Assembly: GCA_964270895.1 (NCBI GenBank)
Contig: OZ185440.1
DNA from: Podarcis filfolensis
Taxonomy: Eukaryota
Length of the DNA stretch: 64,000 bases
Strand: one strand, 5' to 3'
Shown: in pieces, positions 14,149-27,060 of the stretch
Position numbering within the stretch: position 1 is the stretch's first letter
Layout of the letters: the number at the start of each line of letters is the position of its first letter
The notes under the pieces: generated by a model
Database searches by the model: none
Seen by the model: the letters and a program-made list of their open reading frames with translations, nothing else
What the model was told of the DNA's origin: nothing
Made by a program: the position numbers and the translations under genes

Positions 14149-14277
14149 CAGGGATAGAGCACCTGTGGATCTCCAGGTGTCTTGGATTACAATTCCCACA
14201 AGCCCCAGCCATCTTTTGCCAAGGGTGATGGAGTCATGGTCCAAAAATGTATGGAGGACCAAAGGTTCCCACCCCTC
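14149..14277. mobile_element. Palindromic hAT (Charlie/Buster-like) MITE
   Basis: CAGGG...CCCCT(C) termini, internal gattacaattccc motif, 8-bp TSD CTTTATAC / CTTTATAT. Confidence 0.7.
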
Positions 14278-14417
14278 CTTTATATAATCTGGCAAAGGAG
14301 TCTTGACTTCCTGGAATGGAGCCTCCTTGGAGGATAAGGCATCTGTGTCCTCTTATGCAGACATGCACTCCAGCCGTTTTGGAAAAGCCTTTGCTCTTAC
14401 TTGACTTAGGAGCATGG

Positions 14418-14418
<1 letters not shown>

Positions 14419-14450
<32 letters not shown>
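14419..14450 (+). repeat. (TG)n microsatellite
   Basis: Direct reading. Other (TG)n/(CA)n tracts occur near 2541, 6467, 36667, 37314 and 39153. Confidence 0.97.
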
Positions 14451-14453
<3 letters not shown>

Positions 14454-16576
14454 CCCGGGGTTGCCAGCAGCTTTAGAGAAAAGTCATTTGGAAACTAGAA
14501 GGAAGAGCAAATGTGCCTCATCCAGAAACAGAGATAGAGGCCTCACTGTTACATTGGGCTTCACTTTCATGGAAGCTTCTACTGGGGTCACTGCTTTGGA
14601 AGCTGCCTCCTGAGAAGTTTAAGATTTAGCAATTCTGACTCTGATTTTCCCCTCCCCCATATTTCCTACTCTCTGTTTGAAACATAGGAATATGTAATAT
14701 TACAAATGAAAAACTCAAAAACTGTTACATAGGCACCTGAATGCATTGAAATGTGCAACAGATTCCCTCCAGGTGAAATGTTAAATCAGGTGATGTGACA
14801 CATTTTTCAAAGTTGTTTCTATCTACATATCAGAAAAAGAAATCCTCAGATGTGCAATGTCATTATTTATTTGTCTGCTCTTCTTTGTTAAGATAGTAGT
14901 GTAGAATCAGCAGATAAAAACACGGTATAGGGTGTTGATTCTTTGGTATAAATCCTATATTCACAAGGGTCATCTCTACTACCGTAAGAAAGAACATTGC
15001 AATAGGGATACAGGGAATATGTAAAGCACCCTTGACATTTTTTTAAAAAGAACTTACTAAAACTCTTTGCTTCCTTCAAAATTCCTTGGGATTTCTTCTG
15101 TGTAGGAACTTTCAAGTTGACCATAAAATGTTGCTGTAGGTAAATTTGGTGGCAACCCTGGTCCCAGACCCTACCAGCTGTGCTTATTGAGTGGACACTT
15201 TCATCCCCTGCCCCCAACTAACAGCAGGATAGCAGATAACACCCACTGTCAATTTTCGGTAACATCTTCCATCCATGCTGTCTATGGTTACAAATTTGCC
15301 TTGAACATTTCACATCAGTAAATCAGCAACAACTTTATATTGCAGAGGTCCATGGATGCATGTGATGAATTAGGTGTCCTGTGGCTTGTAATCTTAACAT
15401 CAAATTAAAATAGTAAGTAAAATCTGTAAAATAAGATATTGCATGAACATTATTGGCCCTTGAGGCATAATATTAATAAATTAAATCAAATGGCAGCAGA
15501 CATATACAAAGCAACTAACCTAAACAGAATCCAGAATTCTGCAGATCTGGATGAGTTGTCAGATGCTGTAGCCCATGCAGTAGCTTGAACAGAGACCTCC
15601 TGTTTTGCCAGGGCACACAGATGTTGTTATGCTGCACTAATACAGGTCTCCTTGGAAGCATGATACGGATTTCTAACACCAGAAACCTCATAGGTATAGT
15701 TGCATATGATAACATCTAGTTGAGCCTTGCAGAAGCAGATTGCCTATGCACATGAGAACTTGGCCTACAGGGGAATGTGCTGGAGGGATAGTTCTTGGGC
15801 AGAACTAGAGCTCTGTAAGGTATGTTTTAGACGTATCCGCAGCCACCAAGGAACCACTATGCATCCTATGCAATTGGCAGCTGTGTCTGAATGACCCAAC
15901 CTTGTGAGCAGGGACAATTACTTAGATTCATGACAGAAGGCCAAATTTCAAATTGCATTAGGTTGGTGTAACAGCAAGGACTCCTCTTCAACATGCATGT
16001 GCCTATTGTAAATACAGCTAGTGTTTGTAGGGTTCTCTGGGCAGGCCCATTCCCTTGACCATGACTTCACCCCAAAGGACCTTCCACACTATCCTTTGTT
16101 TCTGAGATCAGCCTCACTGTCATTTTGCATATCCATCAAAGTACATTGACCCCAGTTATTGCATTTTGCCTGCTAGTAACACATAATCTTGTTCCCCTCC
16201 TCTTTCCTCTTGCCAATTAGGTTCCACTTATTCATTTGGTGTCTCTCACCATTCCTTCTGCCCCAGGCAAAAACATACTACCAATCCAATTTACATGCTG
16301 TTTGCTTCGTCAATTCTTCTTCCTTCAGCAGAAGACTGCATAGTAATAAATATCTATATATTTTTTGCAATAAAACTGTACGTTTTGTTGATGTTAAGCT
16401 TTTGACTTTTATCCAAGTACTGATTTTCCAACATACTATTATAAAATGTAACCTCTCCGTTGCACATTGTCTCTGAACTAAATATTTCATTACATATGTT
16501 TGTTAAGTTCATATGCATGCTTAGATGCAAGTGTGACTGAGGCCATGGGTCCTTATATTTCCTCATTCTCATTATA

Positions 16577-16707
16577 NNNNNNNNNNNNNNNNNNNNNNNN
16601 NNNNNNNNNNNNNNNNNNNNNNNNNNNNNNNNNNNNNNNNNNNNNNNNNNNNNNNNNNNNNNNNNNNNNNNNNNNNNNNNNNNNNNNNNNNNNNNNNNNN
16701 NNNNNNN
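16577..16707. other. Assembly gap (131 N)
   Basis: Run of N. Confidence 1.
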
Positions 16708-19342
16708 ACACACCTCACAGCAGACCCACTGCCCCCTCTCTTCCCCATTTTTGGGTTCCGCCTTAAAAGAATAAGTTCTGCATAACACCAGTTCTCTGGC
16801 TCTGTCTTCATTAACTTTGCCCGTGCTACACATATTCTACTCGTTGTCATTATGGCTTAGTTTCAGCTGAGACAAGGATTTATATTGAGTGTATGCTTTG
16901 CATGCTCATGCAAGTAATCTTTCGGGAGTCTTTATAGCACATTAGAGAGATGTTGCTGCTGTTGCTGTTCTTGTAATTTTCTGTACTACTATAATAAATT
17001 TCCTTGAGAAATAAATGAAGTGAACATGAAAAGGAGCTGATTATAAAGTTTACAGAGTCCTGGACTGAAAAATAGGGAATCAGGCAGAAGACCTATAGGT
17101 AGCACAAGCTGATATCAAAAAACTTCAAAATTCATGCTAATTTGAAGGCTAGTTCCCGGTGAAATATATATAATGTTTTTTTTATATTTTATGGGAAAAA
17201 CACCACCTCAGATTTTCTGGCCACTCATCTGTCTGTCTGTGAACCTCCTGTAGCCTCCTCTGAAACCCCTGGTCTGACTCTTATCTTGGCTAAGTAAACT
17301 TTTTTGGAACAGGGGCTATAGCTTAACTCAATCCAAAGTGTTGATCAATTGAAAATGTCAGTGTGAATTTAATCAAATCAATAGCAGCTATTTTTACATG
17401 CCAAGGTCCCAATCCGGTTGCAGTTTTGGGCAACTATTAATGTGTAACAAATGGTGGACCTTGAAGGTGCTGATTTGCACCTTCCTTGAACTTTATTTAC
17501 TGCTGGGGGTTTCAGGACAGATTAGAGTATAAAAACAAATCTGAAACAGTACAACAGCAGCCTCTCAGTAACCTAAAAATATATCAAAATCTAACTGGAT
17601 GTTACTGCACTGACAAATATTTAGATTCAAGACAAATGAGGTTTCACCTGGTGTTGCATAGGCATGGGAACAGAACCAGAGTTATCAGGAGTTGTTGCTT
17701 ACCATAACTTGAACCTCTACCAGCAGCTCATGTTGCATATTGATTTGCCTTTAGGCTAATGCTGTATGCAATACCCCCAACTTAATTGAACTTTGAGTAG
17801 CTAAAACTGCATTTGTTTACATTTGTCCCTTGCCATGGAATCCCCACTTTCCCTTCTGTCTCTGCTGTCTCCCACATTATCAAAATTTAGTATGTGATGC
17901 AGTCAAAGTCAAACACCTTAAAGTGCCATATTTCCATGGGAGATATAGGCATACATGCAACTTTAGAGTTGGAGTAGTCTTCCATTATGTTTGATAAATG
18001 TATAATGAGTAGAAAGAAGGGACTTGCATTCTGAGGGATGGCAGTGTTCTGATATGAGAGGCAATTCAATGAAATCATTTGTTAGATCTTGTGGAACCTT
18101 CAGCAGTTGCACTAGGAACAAGGATGTAGTATTAAGATAATCTCAAGAGATTTCCAAATGACATCTAGTCAAAACAATGTAATGCCCCTACATTCAAAGC
18201 AAGCTACCAGGAAGAGCGCCAGAGGCTGGCAAGTTTACCTTTGCATATGTGCCAAAGCTACAAAACTACTGAAGGACCCACCAGTCCCCAAACTATTCTC
18301 GTACTTCACTAAGTACTTGAGACAGACAGAGGTAGCATGGGACAATTAATACTCTGCAGGAACCCACTTCCAGGTGGGGGAGGATGGAGGGACAGGATAT
18401 TGATGCTAACTTGCCTAAAGGTTGCCCAAATCATGTAACCTTTAGTACACCATTGTAGATTTAGGATGCACCCTAACTTTAGAAGATGAAGGTGATTTTG
18501 CATGCTTGCTGGAAGATGAGGGGAAATGCACAGGGTGGAACTGGCAAACAGCCAATAAATAAGGCACAAATGGAAATACATTTGCATAAAGCACACAACA
18601 TCAAGTAATGAACACATCAAATCAAAGCTTGTTCTTGATAATCCACTAATGGAGAGCTAGGCAAGATGCGTTTAATGAAATGTTTGCTCTGAATAGCTCA
18701 CTCTGCTCCAGAGACTTCCACTGCAAGACTATAGAAGTTGATGAATTCTAATTGGATAATTGCATTTCACCTACCTGAAAATCCATTCTTGTTTCTACTT
18801 CTCAATTAAGCTCCTGTTTTTTTGCACCCACCCTGCACTGCAAATGCACCTTCAAGCACCAGGAAGGCTGCACTATATTGGCCCAGTGGCACAGATAATA
18901 TTTCCCATGCTCAACAATGGGTGTGCCCCTTTGGCTCATATACTAGTCCCCTTCCCTCTTCTCTCCTACTTAAAAGTCCTTCCCCCTTTCCCTTTCCAGT
19001 ATATACTGGCGTTAGCATTATTTCTACACTGAGGTTAACACTTAACCATAGTTTTAACGATGGTTTACAAACCTGCTTTAAAGCTCCAGTTTAAAGCTAA
19101 CCATGGTTTGCATTATATTTGAAGAATACTATGTTTGTGACTTTGAAACATGTTACATCTGCATGGCTTGGTGAACCACTTGGTAAGCAGACCTTTACTT
19201 AGGAGCTTCTCTGTGTGGGCAACCTTGGGACACAATTTCATATGGTCCTTGGCCTAATTTCATGTGAATGACAAGGAGGAATCTGGAGAAAAGTGAAAGC
19301 TCTGTCCCTGCCAATATTAGGCTTGGGCTCCTCCCAGGCTTT

Positions 19343-19538
19343 GGTCACATCCATATACATTGAAAGCACAATTTTACCACTTTTAACAGTCATGGCTTCC
19401 CCCAAAGGATCCTGGGAACTGTAGTTCATTGAGGGTGCTGGGAATTGTGGCTCTGTGAGGTGTCCCCATCCTAATGCCTCTCAGCACCCTTAACAAATTA
19501 CCATGACTTATGCCACATTTAATATGGTGTGTGACCTT
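19343..19538. mobile_element. Palindromic MITE-like element (ctgggaactgtag family)
   Basis: Inverted termini ggtcacatccatat / atatggtgtgtgacc; related copy at about 50930-51050. Confidence 0.55.
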
Positions 19539-19850
19539 TGTCAATGCCTTCCAATGGCTCCCATTCTGTTCAGTGTTTGCATGTGACAACCCCCCCGCCA
19601 AAGTAGATTACCCCCTCTCCCAAGTGACTGCAAACCCTCAACAGGGGGGAAACCACACATTTCCCACTCCTGCTCTATTGGAAAAATGAACAAGTAGTAC
19701 TGTATTATTGGAGCGATCCAGAAAAAGATTTGCTACATAGATTTGTCTCCTACAGTTCAAACGAACTTTGTCACATTTCTTAGTATTGGGTTTTGAATGG
19801 TTAGATAATAGATAGTAAACCAGAACATCCACAGTTAGGGCTTTGTAGAG

Positions 19851-19980
19851 CATGGAGAGGGAAACTGTGCCCTTCCAGATGTTGGTGGACTACAATTCCC
19901 ATCATTCCAGACCACTGGCCATGCTGGCTGGGGCTGTTGGCAGTGGAAGACCAGCAACACCTGGAGGTTCCCTAAGCCTG
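19851..19980. mobile_element. Degenerate palindromic hAT MITE
   Basis: ggactacaattcccatcat core, ends in cctg; flanks ttgtagag / ttacagaa. Confidence 0.65.
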
Positions 19981-20459
19981 TTACAGAAAGTCACAGCTCA
20001 ATATATTAATTAAAATTTCTAGGGTCTAGGAAAGGGCAATGCAACGAAATAAACGTACATGCACAATTCTTCTCACCTTTCTGTTTTCAATATGCCTTTA
20101 GAACCCAGACACTGGTGATACAGCTCATCATACTTTAGTTGATTGTAGCTGACAAGGTGCGTATATGTGCTATCTTAGTTAAAGGTTTCTCCAGGCATTA
20201 GCAGAAGGAAAGGGAGAGGGCACTACACATACGCAGAATGTTGAAACGAAAGAAATTGCATAGCCAATTTGCTACCCTTTGAGTGCTTTCATTAAACTTC
20301 AGGCTGAAGGAGTTTTGAGACCTTGCAGAAAGGTTTCTCTTCTTTTTTTTAAAAAAAAGTGCTGAGGGACTGCACACATTGGCACAGAGAAGCGCAGGCA
20401 GCAAAGGGTGGGGGGAAGGGGGGGAGGAGGAGGAGGGCAGATGTAGGGCAGTTACTTAC

Positions 20460-20597
20460 ATTGACAACCCTGGTTGTGCCAGTTATATCCCCGCAGACAC
20501 TTATCACACTTAGGCCCTGTTGCTCCCTGCTTACACTCACAAATTCCTCTTTCATTACAGCGATCATGGACTGAGCCAAAACGGCTACAGTTACATT
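20460..20597 (-). CDS. NTNG1: NTNG1 laminin-EGF (LE3) exon, 138 nt: [46 protein letters not shown]
   Basis: Lies within ORF 20452..20655(-); acceptor ttgtttctgcag|, donor |gtaagt; 8-Cys LE pattern; phase matches the preceding exon. Confidence 0.95.
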
Positions 20598-20755
20598 CTG
20601 CAGAAACAAGACAACACATATGAACTTGGTACAGGGGTACAAGATTAAAAGTCATTCATTACTGATAGGGGTAACAGTGGCCAAGTTTAACCACAAAGGA
20701 AGATGGTTTGATAACGGCAGACTGCTGGAAAGTCCACTTGCTCATTGGTTTAGAA

Positions 20756-20888
20756 CGGGGTTTCCCAAACTTGGGTCTTCAGCTGTTTTTTGGACTACAA
20801 TTCCCATCATCCCTGACCGCTGATCCTGTTAGAGATGATGGGAGTTGTAGTCCAAAAATAGCTGGCGATCCAAGTTTGGGAAGCACTG
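20756..20888. mobile_element. Palindromic hAT MITE
   Basis: Arms cccaaacttgggtcttcagctgttttttggactacaattcccatcat and atgatgggagttgtagtccaaaaatagctggcgatccaagtttggg are near reverse complements; same family as 37965 and 44394. Confidence 0.85.
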
Positions 20889-21142
20889 AGAGTATCAGTG
20901 TTCAACTAATGCAAAGGGATCCATAACTGAGTCATACCCCCAATCTGAGGTGGATCCCAGCAATGACTCCATTACAACACACCACAAAATTCTTTTGTTT
21001 GTTTGTTTACTTTAAAAAAAGAAAATGACAAAGGAGAAGTGAGAAAGATATGATAAAAAGATTGAAAGTGGGTCCGGTGTTGCAGTTTTTGATTAAAGGT
21101 GGGTCCCTGCTTGAACTACTGAAGACTACTGCTATACATTTA

Positions 21143-21457
21143 GGGTGGTATTCAGTTAAGCAGTTCTACTAGTGTAATTGTCTTCTGCTGTGCAATGAAA
21201 CTTTGCTCCCTCCATTTATCCTGAGGCTTTCTGAGGTCTTCCCCAGCCCTCCAGAAGGGTCTCAGCACGTCCTTTGCATGCAGAGGGTCCTAAATTCAAT
21301 CCCTGGCATCTCTAGGTAGAACTAGGAGAGACCTTCTGCCTTGAAATGGCAGAGAGCCACTACCAGGCAGTAAGCAAGTTGGACTAGGGTAACTGTCTGG
21401 CTTCCTAGATTCCAAAAGTACTTGAATTAGCAGAACTGTTTAGTTGGGATACCACCC
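21143..21457. mobile_element. PIF/Harbinger-like MITE with a tRNA-SINE nested at about 21256-21408
   Basis: TIR GGGTGGTATTC / GATACCACCC with TTA on both flanks; nested tttgcatgcagagggtcctaaattcaatccctggcatctc is SINE head sequence. Confidence 0.7.
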
Positions 21458-22289
21458 TTAATGGTACATTTCCATGGTGGTATGAGCAGAAAATTAGCAG
21501 AAATAAAGCGAAGAATGAAGTCCTCAGAAGTAACTAACGGTGATAGCGCTTACAACTTGTTCTTCACGTTTTTATATCATTTTAATGAACGTTAAGACAG
21601 CTTGCTATTTCAGGAAACATCAATAGACCATCAAGTTAAAGCTTGCTTTAAATTATTAAAATAGGTAAGACTCCACACTTGATGCTGAATATTTTCTAAA
21701 TGGCAACATAAATGCACTTTACTAATTTCCAAGGCAGTCTTCCTTTATGTTTATGGGCATCAGCTTAATTTATTCATGGCATTTTAGTGATTGGAGTTTA
21801 CAGGCTGTATTTTTTTTCTCCTGCAATGTTAGTACACCTTTTAAGTTATGCCACAATATCCTACTTGAGAGAACTCAATGGGCAGCAGATGAATGAGAGT
21901 GTCCCAGAGCCTTGGCCAATAATAACTTAAACCCAAGCCTGTCATTTTTGTTACCACATTGAATGTAAAAACATACAGATGTGAAATGCACAAACATTGA
22001 CCGTATGAATTTTTGTGATAACGTTTGTCTTATAATAACCACTGGATCAGTTTTATTGAACCTATTTTGTTTTCATATTTTATTCCTAGGAAATGTATGT
22101 TCTTATCTTGCACCCCTATTGGTTCTAAATCTCTGGAGTGCTTTGTTGCAGGAAGGGTGGGGGTGCTGCTGTAATGATGGCAGGCCAGATTACCACTGAC
22201 ACTCCCCCAAGTAGGCTGCTGGCAAGTCTATACATGCAGTGCAGTCACACTCTGTTCATGTTTTTTTTCTTTCCTGGTTGGCAACTGGG

Positions 22290-22405
22290 GAGTCAGCTTT
22301 GGCCCGGGGCTGCAGTGTCTACATGCTGGGGGTGTTTAAGCAGAGGCTGGTTGCTGCCTCTGATTAGATGACCAGCTAGGTATCTTCCAATTGTATGATT
22401 CTATT
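22290..22405 (+). mobile_element. Degenerate CR1 3' end
   Basis: tttaagcagaggctgg...tagatgacc...ttccaattgtatgattct terminal motif. Confidence 0.55.
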
Positions 22406-25400
22406 GCAAATCATTATTTTTCATATATAAAAAAATCAGGTTGTCAATGTCTGGAATGCTATGTGATTTGCATCTTCCCTATATATCCTTGCCTTGTTTA
22501 TCTTGTTGTTTGCACTTCTGGTAGTTCCTTGAGGATCTGATTTTGATTGCAGATACACTTGTGTAGATAGAATTGAGACTTCAAGTTAATAATAACTTTC
22601 CCAACACCCCTGATACCTGCTATCAAATGCAAAGAGTGCGAGTATTTCTTTTTGAATTTAGAGACCATGCTGGGTGAACGGCTCTATTTTTTCTTTTAAT
22701 CATTCCATTTAGATTTGTTCCCTGGGATTTCATTATGAATCCTTGAGATCAGAAATGACAAAACAGGAGGGGGAAACTGAGAATATTTTAACATTGCAAA
22801 TAGAAATGGGGGGTGGGGGAGGAGAAGCTTAAGGGGAAAATGTTTTGAGTAGCAAATATTGCATCTATTGCTCAGGATTTCAATCCTTACAAATTAGAAA
22901 TGGCATTTCCAAAGGAACATAGGCTAGTGCTATTGGTGGTGGTTTGGAAAAATGTGCCAATTGAAATAATGATAATCCTGTCAGTTAGTTATCTGCAATA
23001 CATTAACAAAGTTACTGAGAATTTTGCCCTTGGCAAAGGCATCTAACCATGTGGTATGTCACAGGAGAAAAAAGGGACAATTCTAAATGAAATTGATATT
23101 CAGAACGTACTTTTAAATGGCTTCAGAACCAAGGTTGTCAGAGGTGGATAAATGTATTTAAAGTCAGATGTTTACATGGAAATAAGAGCTGATTGGCCTT
23201 TACCTCGTTTAACAAACGGAGGGAGAAATTCTGTCATTGCCAAAGTCAACAAAAGTTTGGTATTGACTTCAATGGTGCTGGTATTTCACCTTGGGTTCAG
23301 CTACATTGGCAAAGAAAGAGCATTTTATGTGTGTTGTATTCTAACACTATGACACCAGATGGCGATGTGGAGTTCCGTTTTTTGCCAACCCGATTTCTCA
23401 CACAAAGTTTACAACGCATTTAACTGAAACGCTTCTTTGACATGTCTAGATCCAGCCCCAGGCAGATTTCACTCGTGGAAAGTGAGTTATGTGCCAAGGA
23501 AGTATTAAGGACTGGACATGCTGCCCACATATGCAGCATGGCTGATCATTCCTGAACTGTCAAACGAGGCATCTTAGTGTGACACAAGATACCTTTCTGT
23601 GCAGCACAAGAAATCAATCACACAACTAATTGCTCCTATGCACTTTCAAATGCTGCTTGCACATTTTGCTGTTCTGGCTTTGCAGAGAAACGCAAACCAA
23701 ATTATCTGTGCTGAGGCTGCCCACTGCATCTCCATATCAATTACTGTTCTAGGGTTGCCCCTTTGCAGCCAGGAGGTACCCCCAGATCATTAACCTACAC
23801 ACCTCTGCAGCAAGTCATGTGATATGACAACAGGAAAGTGTGAACACAATTGTGTGTGAGGGGGGAAACAATGCTGTGGCTATAAATCTGTTGCAACCTG
23901 TTTCATACTAATGCTTTCCCCATGAATGCAAACATGCACATAGATAGGATCAGGATCATGAATCTTCTGTACACGACTGTAAGTGTAGAAGCCAATGAGA
24001 AACAGTTAAATACAATCGCTCGACAGGCCTAATCAGAATGCAAAAACCCAGGTACCACTGGAACCTAAAAAAAATTGCTTCTGATGCTTAGGTTGCTGAA
24101 GACAGTAAGGAGAAAGTTTCTCCATCATCGAATGGTGCTGATTTTTGTGGGAGCTGGGCCAACATCTCCCTATGTTCAAGAAACGGGCCCTAAGCTATGA
24201 TTTCCAGATAGAGTCCTGGCATTTCTCAGTGAACCACTGTCTGGAAGACCAGGGTCCTGCCACTGGTGCACTCTAGTTTCTATCTCTCCTTCCTTCCAAG
24301 CTTGCTTTTTCAAAGTCCAGCCAGTTCTTTAGCTTTACAAATAGTTCAGTTCCCTGCTGGCCTTGATCCGAAACTCTTACATAGGTAATTGGTGGTCCTC
24401 CTGCTTCAGAGAGCTGCTCTAAATGAGCCCCCTCAGACTCCACTAGCTGGGGTACTTGGTGCCCTTTTCTCCTGCCCGTTTCCAGTTCAAAAGGAGGAAG
24501 CTATGAGGTAATTTCCTCACAGATCTCTGAAGCTAGGCACATACCTCTGATATCAGAAAGATAATTCCTTGTCTCTATCAAGCGCTAATTAGCAGATGAT
24601 GCTCTGTTTAAAAGACCTGTGCTTGTCGGATGTGTTAATTGTATTGAGCAGGGCAGTATGAGCGGCTGTCTTGTTACTTGTCATACACACGTAGTTAGTA
24701 TTAGTGCAGCATAATTAAGTTCAAAGGAATCAATCTTTTCGTTTCACTTAGCACCAAATGACTTTAAAAGGGATGTGAGCATTATATTGTATGTCCATGC
24801 GTGTTTCTGGATGCTGTGTTCTTTTATGAAATAAGGTATTTGAAACATTGTGCACGAGAGCAAAATAAGTTGTGATTGGCACCTCACCCTACCGTGATTA
24901 TTTAAAAAATTTAGATTAATGTGGATCTGTTGTATTTTTATTGCACAAAATATACTTTAAATTGCTAAAATAAAAAAAATCTCTCTGTATAAATGATAGA
25001 AGGCATTGTGGTGGATAAAGGAAATTCTAATCCAAGCACAAAAGTTTGTTTGTTTAAGTAATACAATACAGGGGTCTCGGATGTGCAATTAAAAAACAAC
25101 ACAGAACCTCATCAGCAGATCATGGTTTTAAGACAATTTGGTAGCTAATGACCATAGAGTGAGGCTATATTTATGATAAATGTTGATCTGGGAAATTGAC
25201 AATGATGCTCCCTAAACAATGTCTGAAGGAAATAGTTGTTGCTGTAGTGTAACATATTTTTTTTGGAGACTATGCAGTATATTGTACTTGACTAATGATG
25301 TTCTATTTGAAGAAAGGAATTGGCAAACAAGTACCATCTATAGTTTATGTGCACAAAATCGTGCATTGGCAAGGAGCTGGAGTTGATAGCTGATTAGGAA

Positions 25401-26699
25401 AACACATTTAACTTCATGACCTTATGGCAGTCTTGCAGAATTTGTGACCCAACAATGCATGACAGCCTACTATGGACAAAAATGTGGGATAATAAAGTAA
25501 AAAACAGTATCAACAGCAACAATTTTAATAATGCTGTGCTGCAAAATATATATATATAAATAAATAAATAGGGCTATCAATCCCCTGGCAGCCTACAATA
25601 CAGAACTGGTAGGCTGAATTTGGTTTGGTCAGTCCAATTTATGAACTGTATTCTGGTCTAAAGGGCTGGTTTAGGATTGATTTCCTACATGGACAACTCT
25701 CCTGTGCAGGAAATTGCATGAATTCTATGTGTACATTATTACAGATCCTAAATACAGATTTTTCTTTTTCATGTTCTATGCACAGTTGGTACCCTGCTGA
25801 GTTGTGGTAAAAAAGCTAGGAGTGTGTTAACTGCAGGTGAGTTTCCTGCATGTGGATGGTGTGTGTTGAAAGTTCATCACACCTGAAGTGGCTCTATTTT
25901 GTGAAATTCTCTACATTTGTATTTGGGCAAAGCTCAGTTTTCAGTAATCTTGATCTATGATTGAGGTTTTGTCTAAAGCATTGCAACCAATGGAATCTAG
26001 TGTGCATTGGGCTGTGTGAACAAACTTGTTCCAGGGGATCTACTCTACAATGGAAAATAGCTGCCAATTTCCACCTTTTTTGTGGTTTACAGGAGCGCAT
26101 ATTGTGGCATATTTTAAAATCATTCTTTTCATTATTTTGTGCAGCTGGTCTTTACGCCTGATATTTTCCTGTGGTCAATCTTATCTTGCTTTTGAACATT
26201 CCTGTGTATGTTTACACAAATCAATAAGGAACAGAAACAAGGAGTACCAACATTGCTCTTGTTTTCAGATTCTGTAGGTTTGAGCAGCTTTCTCAATCAT
26301 ACAATGGAATGTACTGGAATTAAATCAGTTCTGTGACTGCTCTGTTACAAGGTCTTCAACCAGTCCAAACTGAAGACACACTTTAAGAACATGGGATCCA
26401 CTTTCACATTTTCACTTCTGATTTATATTTAATAGTGCTAGTATCTCACCACATATCAAACCCTGGGGTATCAGCATACTATTCTTTTTTTTTCAATAAA
26501 AGTGAACCAATATTTCCTATATTGTTGGTCAAACTTTTGAACCCTTTTAATAGTTGTATCCTGTCTTTGATTTCCGGGTTATTTTTTAATTCAGGGGCAG
26601 GGGCTGTGGTCAATATTGAGCAAGAGGACAAGCCAGCACAGTCATTCATGCTTGTGTTTTGTTACCAAAAAAGTATTTCTATCACTTCCAATAAAATGA

Positions 26700-27060
26700 G
26701 TCACCTCCTTTATTTCTCTAACCCTTGTTGCTGCCTTTTCCTTTCCCTACCTTCTGGCACATTTTGTCCTCCATCACCTGCATTGCTTCTGTTTTCCTCT
26801 CCTCTCTTCTTCCATCTCCTCTTTGACTCCTCCTTGCACTTTCTCAGTACTTTATCTGTTGTCACCACCTTTCACAATCTGTCTATTTCCTCTTTCTCTC
26901 TGCACATGCCATCTTCTACATTCTCTTCACCTTCTCAAACTTTCTTCCTTTTACTTCATTTTACCTGCTCACTATTACATTTCTCCTTCCCTCTCGTTTT
27001 TGGCTTTTTCTTTCCTCACTTTCTTCCAGCTTGTGTCACCTTCTCGGCCACCTTTAATTC
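26700..27060 (+). repeat. Pyrimidine-rich low-complexity tract (GA-rich on the transcribed strand)
   Basis: Near-continuous C/T composition; explains the F/S/L-rich 238-aa plus-strand ORF. Confidence 0.8.

Noticed and set aside
14888-15217. Minus ORF containing YCNVLSYGSRDDPCEY, superficially like an LE-domain start (possible duplicated exon 9)
   Set aside because: Lacks the remaining cysteines and suitable splice sites; resemblance is likely chance.
15486-15630. Minus-frame peptide ...ATASDNSSRSAEFWILFRLVALYMSAAI*, resembling a GPI signal (possible last NTNG1 exon)
   Set aside because: No EGF cysteines, an upstream in-frame stop, and no polypyrimidine acceptor; the true terminal exon was not found in the window.
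16354-16850. ORFs spanning N runs (also 42218-42595)
   Set aside because: Open only because N codons hide stops.
21548-21612. Minus-strand GTAAGC donor with a possible small exon
   Set aside because: Upstream acceptor is purine-rich (gaaaatag) and the candidate is AT-rich with no support.
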